Assembly: GCA_000320545.1 (NCBI GenBank)
Contig: ADNK01001811.1
Coordinates: forward strand, 1 to 50,999
DNA: 50,999 bases
Direction: 5' to 3'
DNA from: Bigelowiella natans CCMP2755
Taxonomy: Eukaryota > Protista > Cercozoa
The translations under genes were made by a program, and so were the position numbers. Numbering within the stretch: the stretch's first letter is position 1; each line of letters begins with the position of its first letter. Below, piece by piece: positions 36,801-50,083 of this stretch. The notes beneath the pieces were generated by a model. The model saw only the letters and a program-made list of their open reading frames with translations, did not search any database and had not been told where the DNA came from.

Positions 36801-39800
36801 GTATCGAGGTCGAAACGACCTTGGAGATCGTCGTCAACAGACACGTGGCCTGATTGATATAGCAAGGACAGCTGTTGATAGAGCTGAGCGCACTTCTGCA
36901 TCGGTGGTTTCAAGTGCCTCGATATTCGCTCTCCTAGTTTCTGAGCAGGAAACGGTCGACCCTGATCTAGCTGCGGATGTAGCAGATGTTTCAGCGAACC
37001 TTTCGCTTGGAATTGCTGCCGATTCAGAACTGGCGTATTCGGATGAGTATGGTCAGCAGACAACAGCGTTATTGGCTAGCATCATGAACATTACCGGGGG
37101 CAATTTCACTCCCAGTTACATCTCTACAGCTACGTCGCAATCAACAAACATTTTGTCTTCTTTCAGAAGTGATATGGCGTTGCGTAATCTTGGCCTCGCC
37201 ATGGCTCCTGAAGAAGGCGTCTTAATATCGGCGTCATCTTCTGAAGATGCTGGTGGATTCTACTGCACAGCGGAGGGGTTATCGCCGGAGGACGCTCTCG
37301 AAATCCTGCAAAGGAACTCAGGTTTCTCCGTGTCTCCTTCAGCATTTACGACTGATGCTGGAAGTCCTATTAACTCCACCATTACGAGCATTCTAGCAGA
37401 AGGTCCCAGATACTGGCCACCTGCCTCCACAGAAGATGTTCTTCCAACAATAACTTCCCTGATTTCTCTCCGCTTCTTTGATTCTGAAATGAACGAGATC
37501 TTAGTGAGCGACCTGAACCCAAGTGACGAGATTCAAGTTGTACTAGGTGTGGACGAAATGTACACCCCAGATGCAGAGGAGGTGGCGGCTAGTGAGTACG
37601 GATGTAGATTTTATGACGAAGTCAACTTTAGATGGAGTGTAGAGGGATGCAGCGTAGGTGTTTATGACGAAAGAAACCGAACAATCACCTGTTTTTGTAA
37701 CCATTTAACTTCGTTCGAGGGGTTCACAGCACCCAATATCAACAGGATCAGCGAAGCAGACATAAACAACCTTACAATAGCCAATGTTGGAAGAAACCCA
37801 TTTACGCTTATGCTGCTGTTATTCGTATGGTGTGTCTATGCCGTGTTACTGGTATTGGCCCGACGCTTGAATGAGAGACGCATCTCGAAATTGAAGCACG
37901 ATCCCAACATAGAGCTGGACGAGTTTGTGACACAATGGTACCACCAATTCATCCACAACGAAATAGAAAAAGAAGTGTCAAGAATGGAAGACTCGGATCA
38001 GGATACTAAGAATGTAACTTCACTTCATGCAAATTCTATGCATTGATTGGTTAAAACGAATGCAATTACAATGACATAGAACCTTTCATTATTGATGTGT
38101 GACTATACCATCTCATCTAAAATTCATGATAATTGTTTTAACATCTGACGACTCTTCATTCATAAGCAGTCCGATCGGTCAATTGCACCCCTTCAGCAGC
38201 CAAATGAAGGAGCCGATCAGATGAGCGAGGTTGGACGAGTTTCCCGTGTTCCAACGCCCATTGGAAGCGTTGGAAGCTTTCAGGAACCTGTGGTGGGAAG
38301 GTATTCTAATTTCAACTCAACGTATTGAACCTATAAAGTAAACAGGCCAAATGCTACAATTCGTCCTAACCATCCATGAAAGCCTTTGTTATTCATGCCT
38401 ACAAAACCAGATCATTCTCGAGTTCTATATATTACCATTGAATCTCACATACCTTCTATGCATTTTTGTTACTTATGATTATCAAGTGGGCAGAGCGAAC
38501 AAAGGCTGCGCAGAAAAATACGACTTGTTTCAAGCATAGGTGGAAAATCGAGTATGCGCAGACCTGGCCATCATTCAACTAAGTCGACTGTTAGCTGGGC
38601 TGCAGACTTGGAAAGTCTTACCACACGTGCACAACACATACATAGATGTGATGTCACGCTCAAACACCACTTACGTCATTTTTGATGTAGTATGTGCGTG
38701 TGTGTTTTCGCGTGTGCGGGTGCCTGTGTGTGTAGTGTGCACTTGCCGAGAATCTTAGCTAAATACACATCCACAGGTGCGGCAAACGGTAAAGAAGCAG
38801 TGAGAGGCGAGGATACGATAGAAGAAGAAACGAAATCATACGAAGAGAAGAAGACGTTGAGATCGTTGTCCATTGATCTAGACGACCTTGCGTTAAGAGT
38901 CGACTCACGGCGACAGCTCCGTTTGGAGAGAATTCGGCTTTACCGTGCTAGTTCTGACAAGGATTTTGTGGATAGTAAGGAAGGCAAGGACCATAAAAAT
39001 ACCAATAACAGTAGGTCAAACCATTCAGTTCCTTGTAGCAGTAGAAGCATGCCAGACGGAACCTCTGATATTGTGTCCCCGGAATCTACATCGTCGGGTG
39101 CATTTTCTATATCTTCGATGTGCATACCACAGTGTAAGCCCAAACACCCCCAGCTGAAACGGCTAGAGGACGAACAATACGAAGAGAAAAGCCATGTTAT
39201 CAAACGGTTAAAGGCGTCCTTGATCGATCGGCAGCATGCGCTTAAACTCGAGCGCAAACGACGGCGCAGACGACGCAAAAAAAGAGGCAAGATGCCCCAG
39301 ATCATCGAGGAAAAACCAAGAGTAGGATGCAGCACTGTGAAAAAATTGTGGAAAACAAAGATGAAAAATAAACATGCATGGGTGTCTGTGCTTGCACACC
39401 ATAGACGGGATCCTTTTCAAGCCCAATGGAGAGCTAATGTACTGCTGCAATCCCTCTTAATGATATCCGTGGTGAATGGCCTATTTTACGGTGTCCCCAA
39501 CTCCCAGCCTACTTTGATAGTGACCGCCATTGCAAGCGCGATCGTTGTGACTCTCATTGATGTTATCTTCGTCCTGGCCGCTAAGAAAATTGGCAAGTAC
39601 AAATGGGAGATCAGAATGTGTGAGCTTCGTCAGCAGCTATGCCGACGAATAACACCAAAGGAGATGAGCAACAGCACCGTGATGAAGAACGGCAAGCATA
39701 TGGCTAGCGAAATGGCCCCAGCTGCAGCAGCCAAAAATTCATCTGCACTTGACAGCAGAGTAGAAATAAGGGAAAAACTCAACGCTACCTCTGGGAAGGT

Positions 39801-40377
39801 TGAAGACGAGAAAGGCCGAGGAGAGATCGAAAAACTAAAGTCTCGTGAAAGGCTCATTGCTGCGATCGCTTGGTCATGTTTTCTCATCATTGCGCTTGGC
39901 TGCAGCTTCATCGTTCTTGTATTAGGGGTAAGATTTGACCTGAACGATGATTCAAATGAGGGAATTGAGGTGCACAACAGTGCGTCATTTCGATGGCTAA
40001 TCTCGACGATTCTTTCGGAAGTACTCAGGGCATGTCTGGCCCTACCCATCGTGTTTGCGATAATGGCGGTGGTTGTCTACTTCATCGTGCTATTTGCTCC
40101 TACAATCATGCAGGAAATTGCAATTGCTTGGGTAATTTCTGAGGACGACTTGTACGAATTGAAGGCATACGATGTTTTCGAAAGAGTCAACGATGGATTC
40201 ACACTGAATGCGGAAGGCATGCGCAGACTTCGCATCCTCGTCAGGAGGGCCACTGACATCGAATGCCTCAAGTCCGCTGGTAGCCGAAACGCGAATAATC
40301 CAAAGCCTTCTGGTACTCGGAATGGCAGTGTATCATCTAAAGCGACTGGCATTGATCGAGTGCTAAGAGTCGACTGA
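30875..40377 (+). CDS. Polycystin-1-like (PKD1/REJ-GAIN/GPS) multi-pass membrane protein with signal peptide and Ser/Pro/Thr mucin stalk, multi-exon
   Basis: Signal peptide MQAGIWAFMVWLLLHASVKA; S/P/T exons 31339-33700; REJ-like exons 33614-36600 (YSWSC..., LRIPFSNLQPSIVYIWSVLV, PQGGVCEAVP, WST...PLSYQF); GPS motif CRFYDEVNFRWSVEGC....TITCFCNHLTSF (~37603-37716) followed by a TM helix; PKD1-type KHAWVSV...PFQAQWRANVLLQSLLMISVVNGLFYG and four more hydrophobic helices; stop TGA 40375-40377. Confidence 0.85.
32281..33210 (+). repeat. 270-bp tandem exon+intron duplication (3 near-identical units plus diverged upstream units)
   Basis: Donor gtagc recurs at 32396, 32666, 32936 and 33206. Phase-1 114-bp exons at 32552-32665, 32822-32935 and 33092-33205 encode GSSRAPTSTPLTNSSAPSFS(P/S)SSTPSLTPSLTPS(SN/RS)PQ; the 156-bp introns are nearly identical. 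Confidence 0.95.
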
Positions 40378-40919
40378 GGCTTTGATGAAGGCGTGTCTCA
40401 CCTCCTACGACTCGTGCACCAGCCTCTTGCATAATAAAGAGTAATAAAGAATCATGAGGAAACGATCGTCTCTACTTCAAAAGCATCAAGCTATATCTGA
40501 CTTCTGCATAGCTTAACTTCATCGTGAACACTAGAAATGGAGAACTGCAACAAATAGCGGAATTCGAAAATAGAAAATAAGAATAGCGTTGCTGGGATTC
40601 GTTGTTTTATTGACAGATCTTAGTCTTATATCCACTCCAGACAAATCTGCAGATACTGCAAGGCTTTAGACGTTTCGGTTTAAAGTTCGTATTAGCTTCT
40701 TTAAGCATAGGTTAATCAGATGCAGTGGAAATATATAGATGTAGAAATCAAGCCGCACGTACATGCTCATATGTCTAGATGTATGATGTATGTGCCAATT
40801 TTATTATAATGACTTCTAGCCTTGCTAGCTTACTCAAATCAGTCTACGGATTCAATCAGTACACATTGCCCCGCATGATCGATCTGCGTCGACTACGACC
40901 TGCTGAATTCCAAGGCTGT

Positions 40920-41465
40920 GTCGAGCTAGCAGCTAGTGCGCATGTGGCCAAATGTCCTGCATAAAAATAAATATTTAAAATTAAAGAATAATATGGTTGG
41001 AGGAAATTCTAAAGATTTCTCAGAAAAAAAATTTGGAAATCTCGGCAGCACGGTGCTAGCTAGCTAGGATGTAGCATTTGTCCTGACATTTCTGGCTTTA
41101 GACATGTTCAACGCTAAACTGTTTTTGCTAGCTAGCTAGTTTGGTAGCACTGCACATGCTTGTAGACTTGAAGCATGCTAGCTAGCTAGAATGCTTCAAG
41201 ATAAGAGATAAGTCATAGAATGCACAAATAGAAACATAGCTTAGCTAGCTAAGCGCGTCAGGATCTCTTTTGCTTCATGCGCGTCGTGCTTACTAGCTTG
41301 CATGCGCGCCTACTAGCCTATTAGAAAGTTACTCTAGGACTAGAGTATCTAGCTAGCTAGGCTAGCTAGGTCTAGAGGTAGTCAGTAGTGGACATCAGCA
41401 GTGAACATCGGCGAATTATCATTTTCCGTGCCAGACGTTGTGATAAATAAATCGGACGTCTAGAC
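40920..41465. repeat. (AGCT)n/CTAG-rich intergenic tract with a 34-bp near-perfect palindrome
   Basis: gctagctagctag at ~41055, 41127, 41177 and related runs at 41238, 41350; cttgaagcat-gctagctagctaga-atgcttcaag at 41167-41200. Confidence 0.75.
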
Positions 41466-41825
41466 ATGCATGATAGAGTATTTATGGAGAACCAATTTGT
41501 CTAGTCGCCGGAATCCAGCAGTATAGCAGTATGTACTAACTAAAATGATCAGTTTTGGCTGACTTTACATCTAACCGCAGGAGTGTAGATGTAATCATCT
41601 GTTCGCACGTATTCCAAGAGAAATGCAATAGTGTATGCGGAGGGATGCCTCATAATTCGCATAACTATTAAATATATACATACATGAAGTCTACTGAGCT
41701 ATTATAAATTTTTATAGTTTTTGGAAATCCAGTTCCCCCCTCTGCTCTGTCTCTCTCAATCGACTAGAACCTAAAACAAGCATAGGGAGAAAAAGCAAGC
41801 AAACACCCGGAATATTACGATGACT

Positions 41826-42222
41826 TCATGCCGGATTTAGGGCGAAACTACAACGATCTTTGCGTGCAATCGATCTCTCTTTGAGGATTGCATAACCTTC
41901 TTTGGTCTCTCCTCCAGCATTTGAGTTGAAATAGAATAATATACTAACTGCTGGTATCTTGGCTATCGTCAAAACCACCACCACCGCCACCATCATCATC
42001 ATTATCACCATCGCCATCATCATTATCCTATCGAAGGAGTTGGATATCACAACCATTTCATCCCCGGTCTTCAAATTGGTGCTGGCATACACGGGCGAGG
42101 TAGGGCCTATCTTATACTCGCATAGCTCCTTGCTGTCGTCGAGCTCTTGCTGCAAGGGGGGGGGGGGGGGGGGGGGGGGGGTTGGAAGGGGTTGAAGAGA
42201 ATGTTACGATCGAAGATGATAT

Positions 42223-42258
<36 letters not shown>

Positions 42259-42724
42259 CATCTATAGCTTAGTCTTTTATGGAAATTCTGTCGACTAACC
42301 AAAAGAATTTACCTCCTCGTTTATCCTTCCCCCCCACCCCCCTTCCCCCGTTCATGTTTTATCTTATCTTCAGTACGACTGTCATTCGTCGTCGCATTTG
42401 ATCGGGGAGCAGTGGAAGTCTACTACCAGAATTCGGTCATCTCCCAACGTGATGAGGAACCGTGTGCTCTCAGAACTAGAGCTTTGCCGGACGTAGGCCT
42501 GTCTTATTCTCCATACCTATGAAGAGAGGGGGGGGAGAGAGCGAGAGAGCGAGGGAGGAAGACCAAGCAGGGTCATCGGCAGCTAATATATCTTTCGAGT
42601 TTGAAGCCACATTTTCGGGTGATATGTGCAATGCCATTTAGTAGTAGCTGGTAGTTTCTTTCACACGAACACACACACACACACACACACACATTTTGTA
42701 TTTGAATATTATAAATATTATAAT

Positions 42725-42776
<52 letters not shown>

Positions 42777-43332
42777 CATAAAGAACTATTATAAAAGCAC
42801 AAACATACACGCTCATGTAGTAACAGAGTGCATTGTTGTATGATTGCGAAGACATAGCATGAACTAGGGGGGGGGGGAGAGGGGACAACCAAGTCATTGC
42901 TGGAGACCTCCATTTCCTCGTATCTGCACAACAACATCGAAAGCAACACGATGGAAATTAAGACGAGCCTCGTCAAACCATGGGACAAATGCATCTAATG
43001 ATAATAACACAGCGATCGAATGAAAGACTTAGGGAAATCGTCGGTCCTTCACGTGTTTTAAATACAGTCGGTGCTCGATGGGAAAGGTATGCTGATATCC
43101 CTTCAGAACCATCGTTATCGTCATCACCACCAGCATACGTTGCATTCTTTATTATTTATCCAATATTTCTCCCAGTACTCTTCTCTTTCCACGTTGATGA
43201 TGAGTAGCATCCGTTTCCACGCCGTCTCCTTTGAAACCTATTTGTTGTTGAGCGACGAGACATTAAGCGGGGGGGGGGGGGGGGGGGACATTTATTTTGT
43301 AATGATAATATATTTTAAGAAGTACGCTTATG

Positions 43333-43375
<43 letters not shown>

Positions 43376-43385
43376 ACACTATCTT

Positions 43386-43423
<38 letters not shown>

Positions 43424-44451
43424 AAAGTGGCTCACCCAGTTATTGGAATCCTGACATATTTTGGGTGCGAAGATCTGCCTAATCATCATGTTCTCCAAAG
43501 GTGCTGATAGATTGGACTTGTGCCGTCCCCCATCGTCGTCATTATCGTCGTCGTCGTCGTTATTGCCATTGCTACCATCATGCTTACGGAGGGTGAGCTC
43601 CTGCATGCCATCACTGTCCACGCGCCCTTGCAGGTTATCGTCAGCCCCTGCTGCTACGACAACCTCTGCGACAGTTTTTGTTCTCCGCCCTTCACCCCCT
43701 CCCCCCTTCTCCTCTTGCTTCCCGTGGTCTATCACCGTGTTGCCATCACCACCACCACCCCCATCGTCGCCGCCATTAGACTGCTTCTCCTCCTTCGCGT
43801 ATGTCCGCTGCTGATGGCCGGTTGAGGCAGCAGCCGCTACATACGACGCCTCGTTGTCCTGTGCCTGCACTTGCTGGTGCTGCTGCTGCCGCCGTGGAAA
43901 GGAAGAAGATGCTCCTCCGTCCATGTCAAAGGGGCTGCTCTCTTCTTCCGTTTCATTATCGGTGTAGTACTTCGACGATTGCGACATCATTCGTGATCTC
44001 TCTGTCAAGCTCTGTTTTGACTCTACCGAGCCCTGGCTAGCAGCCCCCATGCCATCACCGTCGTGGGGAATACGGTTGTCCCCCCCCCTCCCCCCATCGT
44101 GACGAGCTGAATTTCGTTCGAGGGTCAGTGGCGCCGCAAAGACATCTGGAGGTTTCTTCTTCGTTGTAGCAGCCGAAACAGGGTTATTAGCCGGTGTTGT
44201 CGCGATTGGTCTACAAAATGCCTCAGTTTTCGGCCCGAGGGGGGGGGCGAGAGGAGACGACTCGGTAGTGCTGGTAGGCCCTGTGGTGGTTTTCGGAGTA
44301 GCAGTTCCTTGAAGAGGGTCTGATGAGACTGCCGTCTCGCGCACTCTGGGAGTACTCGTCATCTGTGGTGTACGGGGGAGATTAAAAGTACTCTCCAATG
44401 CACTCTCAAAATACTACAAATTATGACTAATTATTATATATATTATTAATT

Positions 44452-44490
<39 letters not shown>

Positions 44491-45750
44491 GTGTGTGTGT
44501 GTGTGTGAGTGTATTATATACATATATGCTACATGATGTACGTGTGGGTGTGCATCCGTATTTTGGTATGACGTGCGTTTTACATTTGTTTTGAAAATGT
44601 GAAAACGAGTATAAATAACGATGGTGGTTTTTGTTCTGTTAAGGCAGAGGATATTGTGGGTCGGGGGGAGGGATTCATCAGCGACGACTTCGATTGATTA
44701 CGTCACACGATGAAACTGAAAAATGTCATTCGTATGTAATTCCAAATGCAGAGAACTACATTATTGCTCTTGGATTCATTGCACCCCGTGGCAGTAGGTG
44801 CGTACTTGTTACGAGCTTTTGAATTAGTTGCAGCCTGCATCGTGATATGTGCTTGCTGATAGCTTTCTCGCCCATCGATTATCGGATAAGGGGAATTGGC
44901 ATTGTTGAGACCATGGGTGCCTGCTACGTTATGGGACGAGGAAGAGCTTGATTTCATAGATTCTGAAACATTAGCGAAATTGGAGACCGCGGAGTCCACC
45001 CTCTGGTTCCTCGAACGCGTGCGTGTATGGCGGAAACTAGAGTTCTGACAATCCGGCGACTTTGATATGGGGTTTCTGAATGAGGCCAATCGAATAGTCA
45101 GCAAACCCAATAATTTCCTTACAACGCTGATGGGCACAATGCAGGAATGGGGAGGATTAGACTTTGGACCTTTCTTGTAGCTTCGCTCGTAGTTTATGCC
45201 GCTGCTTTCGCTTATTTTTTAGAGCTTTCCATGTCTCCTCCACGTTGCTGCTGCTGTCCTTTTCCATAACCGAGCTAAGCGCCTTCTCGTATCTAAAAGG
45301 GCAAAGTTAAAGTTGGAAAGGACTGTTGAGACAAAAACTTCTGGTGTGGTAAAGGGCGTAGCGAATATCATTCATCATTGCAAATCGGGAAGCAGGGTAT
45401 TCATCATTCTCGCAACACTATCGCTATCTAGGCAAGGGGTCGCATTTTAAGGAAAGTAAGTACCCCGCATAGTTCTCATCCTGCTTAAGCTCGTTGAAGT
45501 CCGGGCACTTTTGGGATAGCTCCTGTGACCTGTATTTTGGAGGAAAAAGAAAGAAGTTGAACACTTAGATGCCGGATGCGTTTTTCCTATAGAAAGCAGC
45601 CTTCAGGTAGAGGGATGAGAACCTTCGTTTCCAATCACTATGCAGATTGGATTCCCCTTTCTCATTCTCAAATTTGCTTCCTCTATCTCGGGGAAAGAGG
45701 GGGGGCTTCGCGCCCCTACCGGAAGCCTTCTTACTGTTCTTGGAGCCCAT
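41826..45750 (-). CDS. Hypothetical multi-exon protein: MGSK.. N-terminus, long low-complexity region, probable C-terminal ubiquitin-like domain
   Basis: Start MGSKNSKK (45750); large exons ~44750-45320 and 43436-44414 (..IFAPKICQDSNNW|), then VSKETAWKRMLLII..CN|, ..RYEEMEVSSNDL|, VWRIRQAYVRQ..RFLITLGDDRIL|, QELDDSKELCEYKIGPTSPVY. The last four parallel ubiquitin tleVepsdtI.nvK..qrLif.GkqLeDgrtLsdYnI. Exact 3' exon uncertain. Confidence 0.6.
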
Positions 45751-45954
45751 CTTTTGATACGATGCTCGGGTGGCTCTCTAATCCCGCCGGGTAGTATCGG
45801 GGACTAGATCTAGGGTTCGAAGGTGTAGAAACACATGAATACATGTATGAGTATACTTCTGACATTATTTAGCGTGTTAGTTAGTAGTTTAGTTAGTTGT
45901 TCTGTTCGCGAAGTGATTTTCATACAGGTAGTGTCCTTGTGTCCTTGTCCAGAT

Positions 45955-46103
45955 TTCATGGAATTTCATGGAATTCCATGGTCATCTTCGGACAAATATA
46001 TACATCTTCGGACACCTTCGGAAATTCTAAGAGACACAATAATCTTCGGACACATTCGGACACGTCGGACACTTTCATAAGACCCATCATGGAATTTCAT
46101 GGC
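45955..46103. repeat. Short intergenic element with CATGGAATT(T/C)CATGG ends and internal TTCGGACA repeats (MITE-like or promoter array)
   Basis: catggaatttcatggaattccatggtc at 45958-45983; gacccatcatggaatttcatgg at 46081-46102; (t)tcggaca/tcggaaa x6 between 45987 and 46072. Lies between two divergently transcribed genes. Confidence 0.55.
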
Positions 46104-46207
46104 TCGTTTTGACCCGTTTTGGGTTTGATCATGATACTTTTGACAAATACCGGGTAGTACCGGGGATTAATAACAGCGTCAAACTAGCAAGGAGCCCTCC
46201 TGACAAA

Positions 46208-47704
46208 ATGGCGGACACTGGCCGCCGAGAGGTGTCCTCGGTCGTTAGTTCTGCGGGCGTTTCACAATTGCTGACTCTCTGGCGTTTTGTAGGATTTGGT
46301 GACGTCGCCGTTTGAAAGAATTTTTGCCACCAAAGGTTTGTACACATGGAATTGATTTCGAGGAGGACTAAGGGGGAATCTCGTTTTGGGCGCTCTAATC
46401 CTCTCCAGAAGTTTTGCTAACTATCCCCAATTGTGAACATATAATATGTTGCAGTGGTCGTGAAAGTTCGTTCGAGATCTCGCGAAGTCGACGTACGGGT
46501 ACGATGGTTATGAGCGTTGGCTCGATGTACTGAAGAAATGCTCTTCCATTAAAATTCGTTATCTTCCTACAGAATGAATGGGATGGGGGGGTGCCTCCTT
46601 CGCACTACGAAATCAAGGAATTTCTCGAAAGGTAGATCTAATCTCAAATCAAGTTTCTAACGTTTGGATAGGAAAGAAAGTGGAGGTGAAATGACGTAAA
46701 ACGACGGGTAGCTGCGGGGACGTCAGAAATCTATTGCTTTTGAACGAATATAACTAGATAAGTCAACTCTCTGTCCCAATCGTCATCAACTGAAACCGAG
46801 CACGCTTTCCGATCTGCTATATATTTACATCCACCAGGCTTTTAACGTCATCTGCGTCAGCTTTTTCCATGTCGCGTGGAGGCGGAAGTGCCTCCTCGCG
46901 AGACCTAATCGTCGCTCCATCGACTTCTTCGTTAGATGCCATCGGTCATCTTCAGCCCCTGAAATTTGACTTTTCCCGTTCTTCGAAGAAGAGCCAAAAA
47001 ATGGGAAAGAAACGAAGCCAAAACGATGAGTACCAAGATGAGGACGGGGATAGCGACGGCATCTCTAAGAAGAAGTGAGGACCGCGACACTCGCCTATCA
47101 CATTCCATGCTTGTGTGTGATGCAACCATATTCTTTCATCTATGACTTAGATGGGAGATTGTCGTGAATTTGATTTTCCGCTCCGCTTCTGAGGTATGTG
47201 GTCACCGCCGGGCAAACGCACTCGATCGCAGCGCCGAGCAACAAAGAGTAAACATGAGTCGTTTTGCCCCCCAGTGTGCTATTTCCTCTGGAGATGGGGC
47301 GCAGCCCATGTTCAGCGCGCGTAGTTTACTAATGTGTTGTTGCGTTGTAGTTGTTATTCGGATACTTCAACCGATTGCTTTATCTCCACGCTAGGGCTCC
47401 AAAGCAGCTGCGGTGCTGGCAGGAACGAAGACCGCTATCAGAGGGGTGAGCTGAAGCATTTCGCGCATCCATTGCGATATCCCCCACGCGCGCGCGTTTT
47501 GATGTTAAGTGCCGTGTGTAGCTGCAGTCCGGTGATGCGCGGATTCCTGTGATCTTGCGTGTATTTGTGTGCACGCGCGGCGCGCGCGCGGATGCGTGGT
47601 AAGTGTTTTGTTTTGTTTTTGTGGTTATGCAATCTTCGACAGGTTCCTGTTAAGCTCAAGGCCAAAATGGTAATATAGGGAAGAGAGCGAGTGAGGCGAG
47701 AGGG

Positions 47705-47746
<42 letters not shown>

Positions 47747-47828
47747 AGGTATTGTGAGCTATATGCAGTTTATGCAGCCCATAAGATGGCAGCCACGCCT
47801 CCATAGGAATATCAAAGGGCGTCGGTCT

Positions 47829-47865
<37 letters not shown>

Positions 47866-48772
47866 CTCTCACTCACGCTCACACACGCGCGCGCCGGCCG
47901 CTTCCCAGGCCAAATCCCGAAGCGCCGACGAGGAGTTGGCCAGAATTCGGTCGGAAAGATTTCCTGGAGTGCCGTCTGAGCGCGTGGAGGACCGATTCTC
48001 GCTGCTCCAGGAAGGCAAGCGGCCTGACAGCTTGCTACTGTGCGGGGTTCCACGCGGCTGGCTCGGCATCAAAAACAGGCCAGAGATAGAGAGCGGGGCG
48101 GCGGGAAGTCTGATAAGGAAAGTCTCACGCAAGGGGGGGGGGGCAAAGGATGGTGATGGGGCGGAGGGGGGGGGGGGGGTGGATGCTGGAGATGATAATA
48201 GCGGGGGGGGCAACAACCACCTTTATTAAAGATGTTAGGCCTACGGCCGAAGGGGCGGATAAAGAAGGGGGGGATGATGAGCAGGATGCAAAGCTTGCGG
48301 GGGGGGGCAAGAAGCAGAAGAGGAGGTCTTTCATCACTATACAGAAACGGCCGCAAGGGAGGGGGGCTAAGATTCCAGGCGACTCGGATTGGTACTACTG
48401 ATAACATTTCTGCCAAACACTCGCCATCATCATTTCTAGTGTGCTCCACATCTATAACTTGCCCCCCCTCCCCCCCCTCACTCCCCCCCCCTTCCCTATA
48501 CACTACCAGGGCGCCTTGCCGTCTCACGGTAGAGTTGTCCAAATGTCCAAATAAAGGGCTGATGGCCGCTTTCCCTGGGATATCAAGCGATACGATCGTA
48601 CGCTATGCCTACAAGCCTTCCTCCTCCTCCTCCTCCTCCTCCTCCTCCTCCTCCTCCTCCTCTTACGGCAGAGACGTCATCGACGGATTTGACGAAGAGA
48701 GAGGAATACCATCAGAGGTAGCTATCTTTTAAAAGGGGGAGGGGGGAGTGAGATTCCTGATTCGGTGCGAAT

Positions 48773-48807
<35 letters not shown>

Positions 48808-48823
48808 CTATCAATACTCTTAG

Positions 48824-48864
<41 letters not shown>

Positions 48865-49141
48865 CTCTCTCTTCTCTCTCTCTCTCTCTCGCTCTCTCTT
48901 TCTTCTCTTCTCTTCTCTGATTGAAAACGTATGTTATGGCAATCGAAGGACGTTGACGTCTACGTGCAGTTCCGCTCTATGGAGGGGCTGGAAAAGGCAC
49001 TTCGTCTTTACTGGGTACTGCCTAGCGGGGGAAACAATGAGCAGTCACCCAAACATCGTCTGGAGGGCGGGGCATATTGCCGACTTTGGAAAGCTATTGC
49101 TAAAAACAATTATATATATCATGTTCTATATTTACAATGTG

Positions 49142-49215
<74 letters not shown>

Positions 49216-49516
49216 ATATATTTATTAAATTGCGTGTTAATATATATATGTAGTTTGATGACAATATAAACGAGTAGCCGTTGCATTTTTCCCACCCCAT
49301 TCTTCATGCGGCTGTAGAATTGTGTACTGCGCCATAAGAAGACCGGGTTCCTTGTGTCACCCCGCGCACGGGTCGATAAAGGCGGGTACATGGCCTTGGA
49401 AGCCATAAAAGCAAGATCAAAGCGGACACAAGAGGTGTTTGGGCCAACGATTGCATTGTATATAGAATGAGAAAGGGGGGGGCACATCGTATGTGTGCAT
49501 TTTCGCATGTTATCAG

Positions 49517-49560
<44 letters not shown>

Positions 49561-50045
49561 GTGTATACACGCTCAGTTACACTCCGTGCAATGAATAGAG
49601 GAATGAATTCCTCATGCTGTGGTGTTTTCACTTTCACATGTCTACAAAGACCGTGTATAGATTAGACCAATGCTCGTTTGGGGAACATGCAGCAGCTGCG
49701 AGGACACGCATGCGCTCGCAGCATTTCTAAGACCTAATCCTCCCACCTCCCCTCCCATTTTCTCCAAATACGCCGCTGGTGCTGCTAGCTGTGGTTCTTG
49801 GAGCTCCGAAGGCGCCGCCAGGAGGCGGAAGAGAAGAGACTGGTTGCTTAGCACAATGTTGCGCTTGCCGTATCGACGCACTGATGTCTGGCGCTAACAC
49901 CGTGCGTGCATCGCCGATCTCAACCTCCTCTTAATAATTAGCGTGCTGAGAATGAGCGGAGGGAAGCTGCTCGGCGACGAAGGGCGGAAAAGTGATATGA
50001 TTATTCAGACTTTCTTTTTTAATCGATAGATTCATAACCTATATC

Positions 50046-50083
<38 letters not shown>

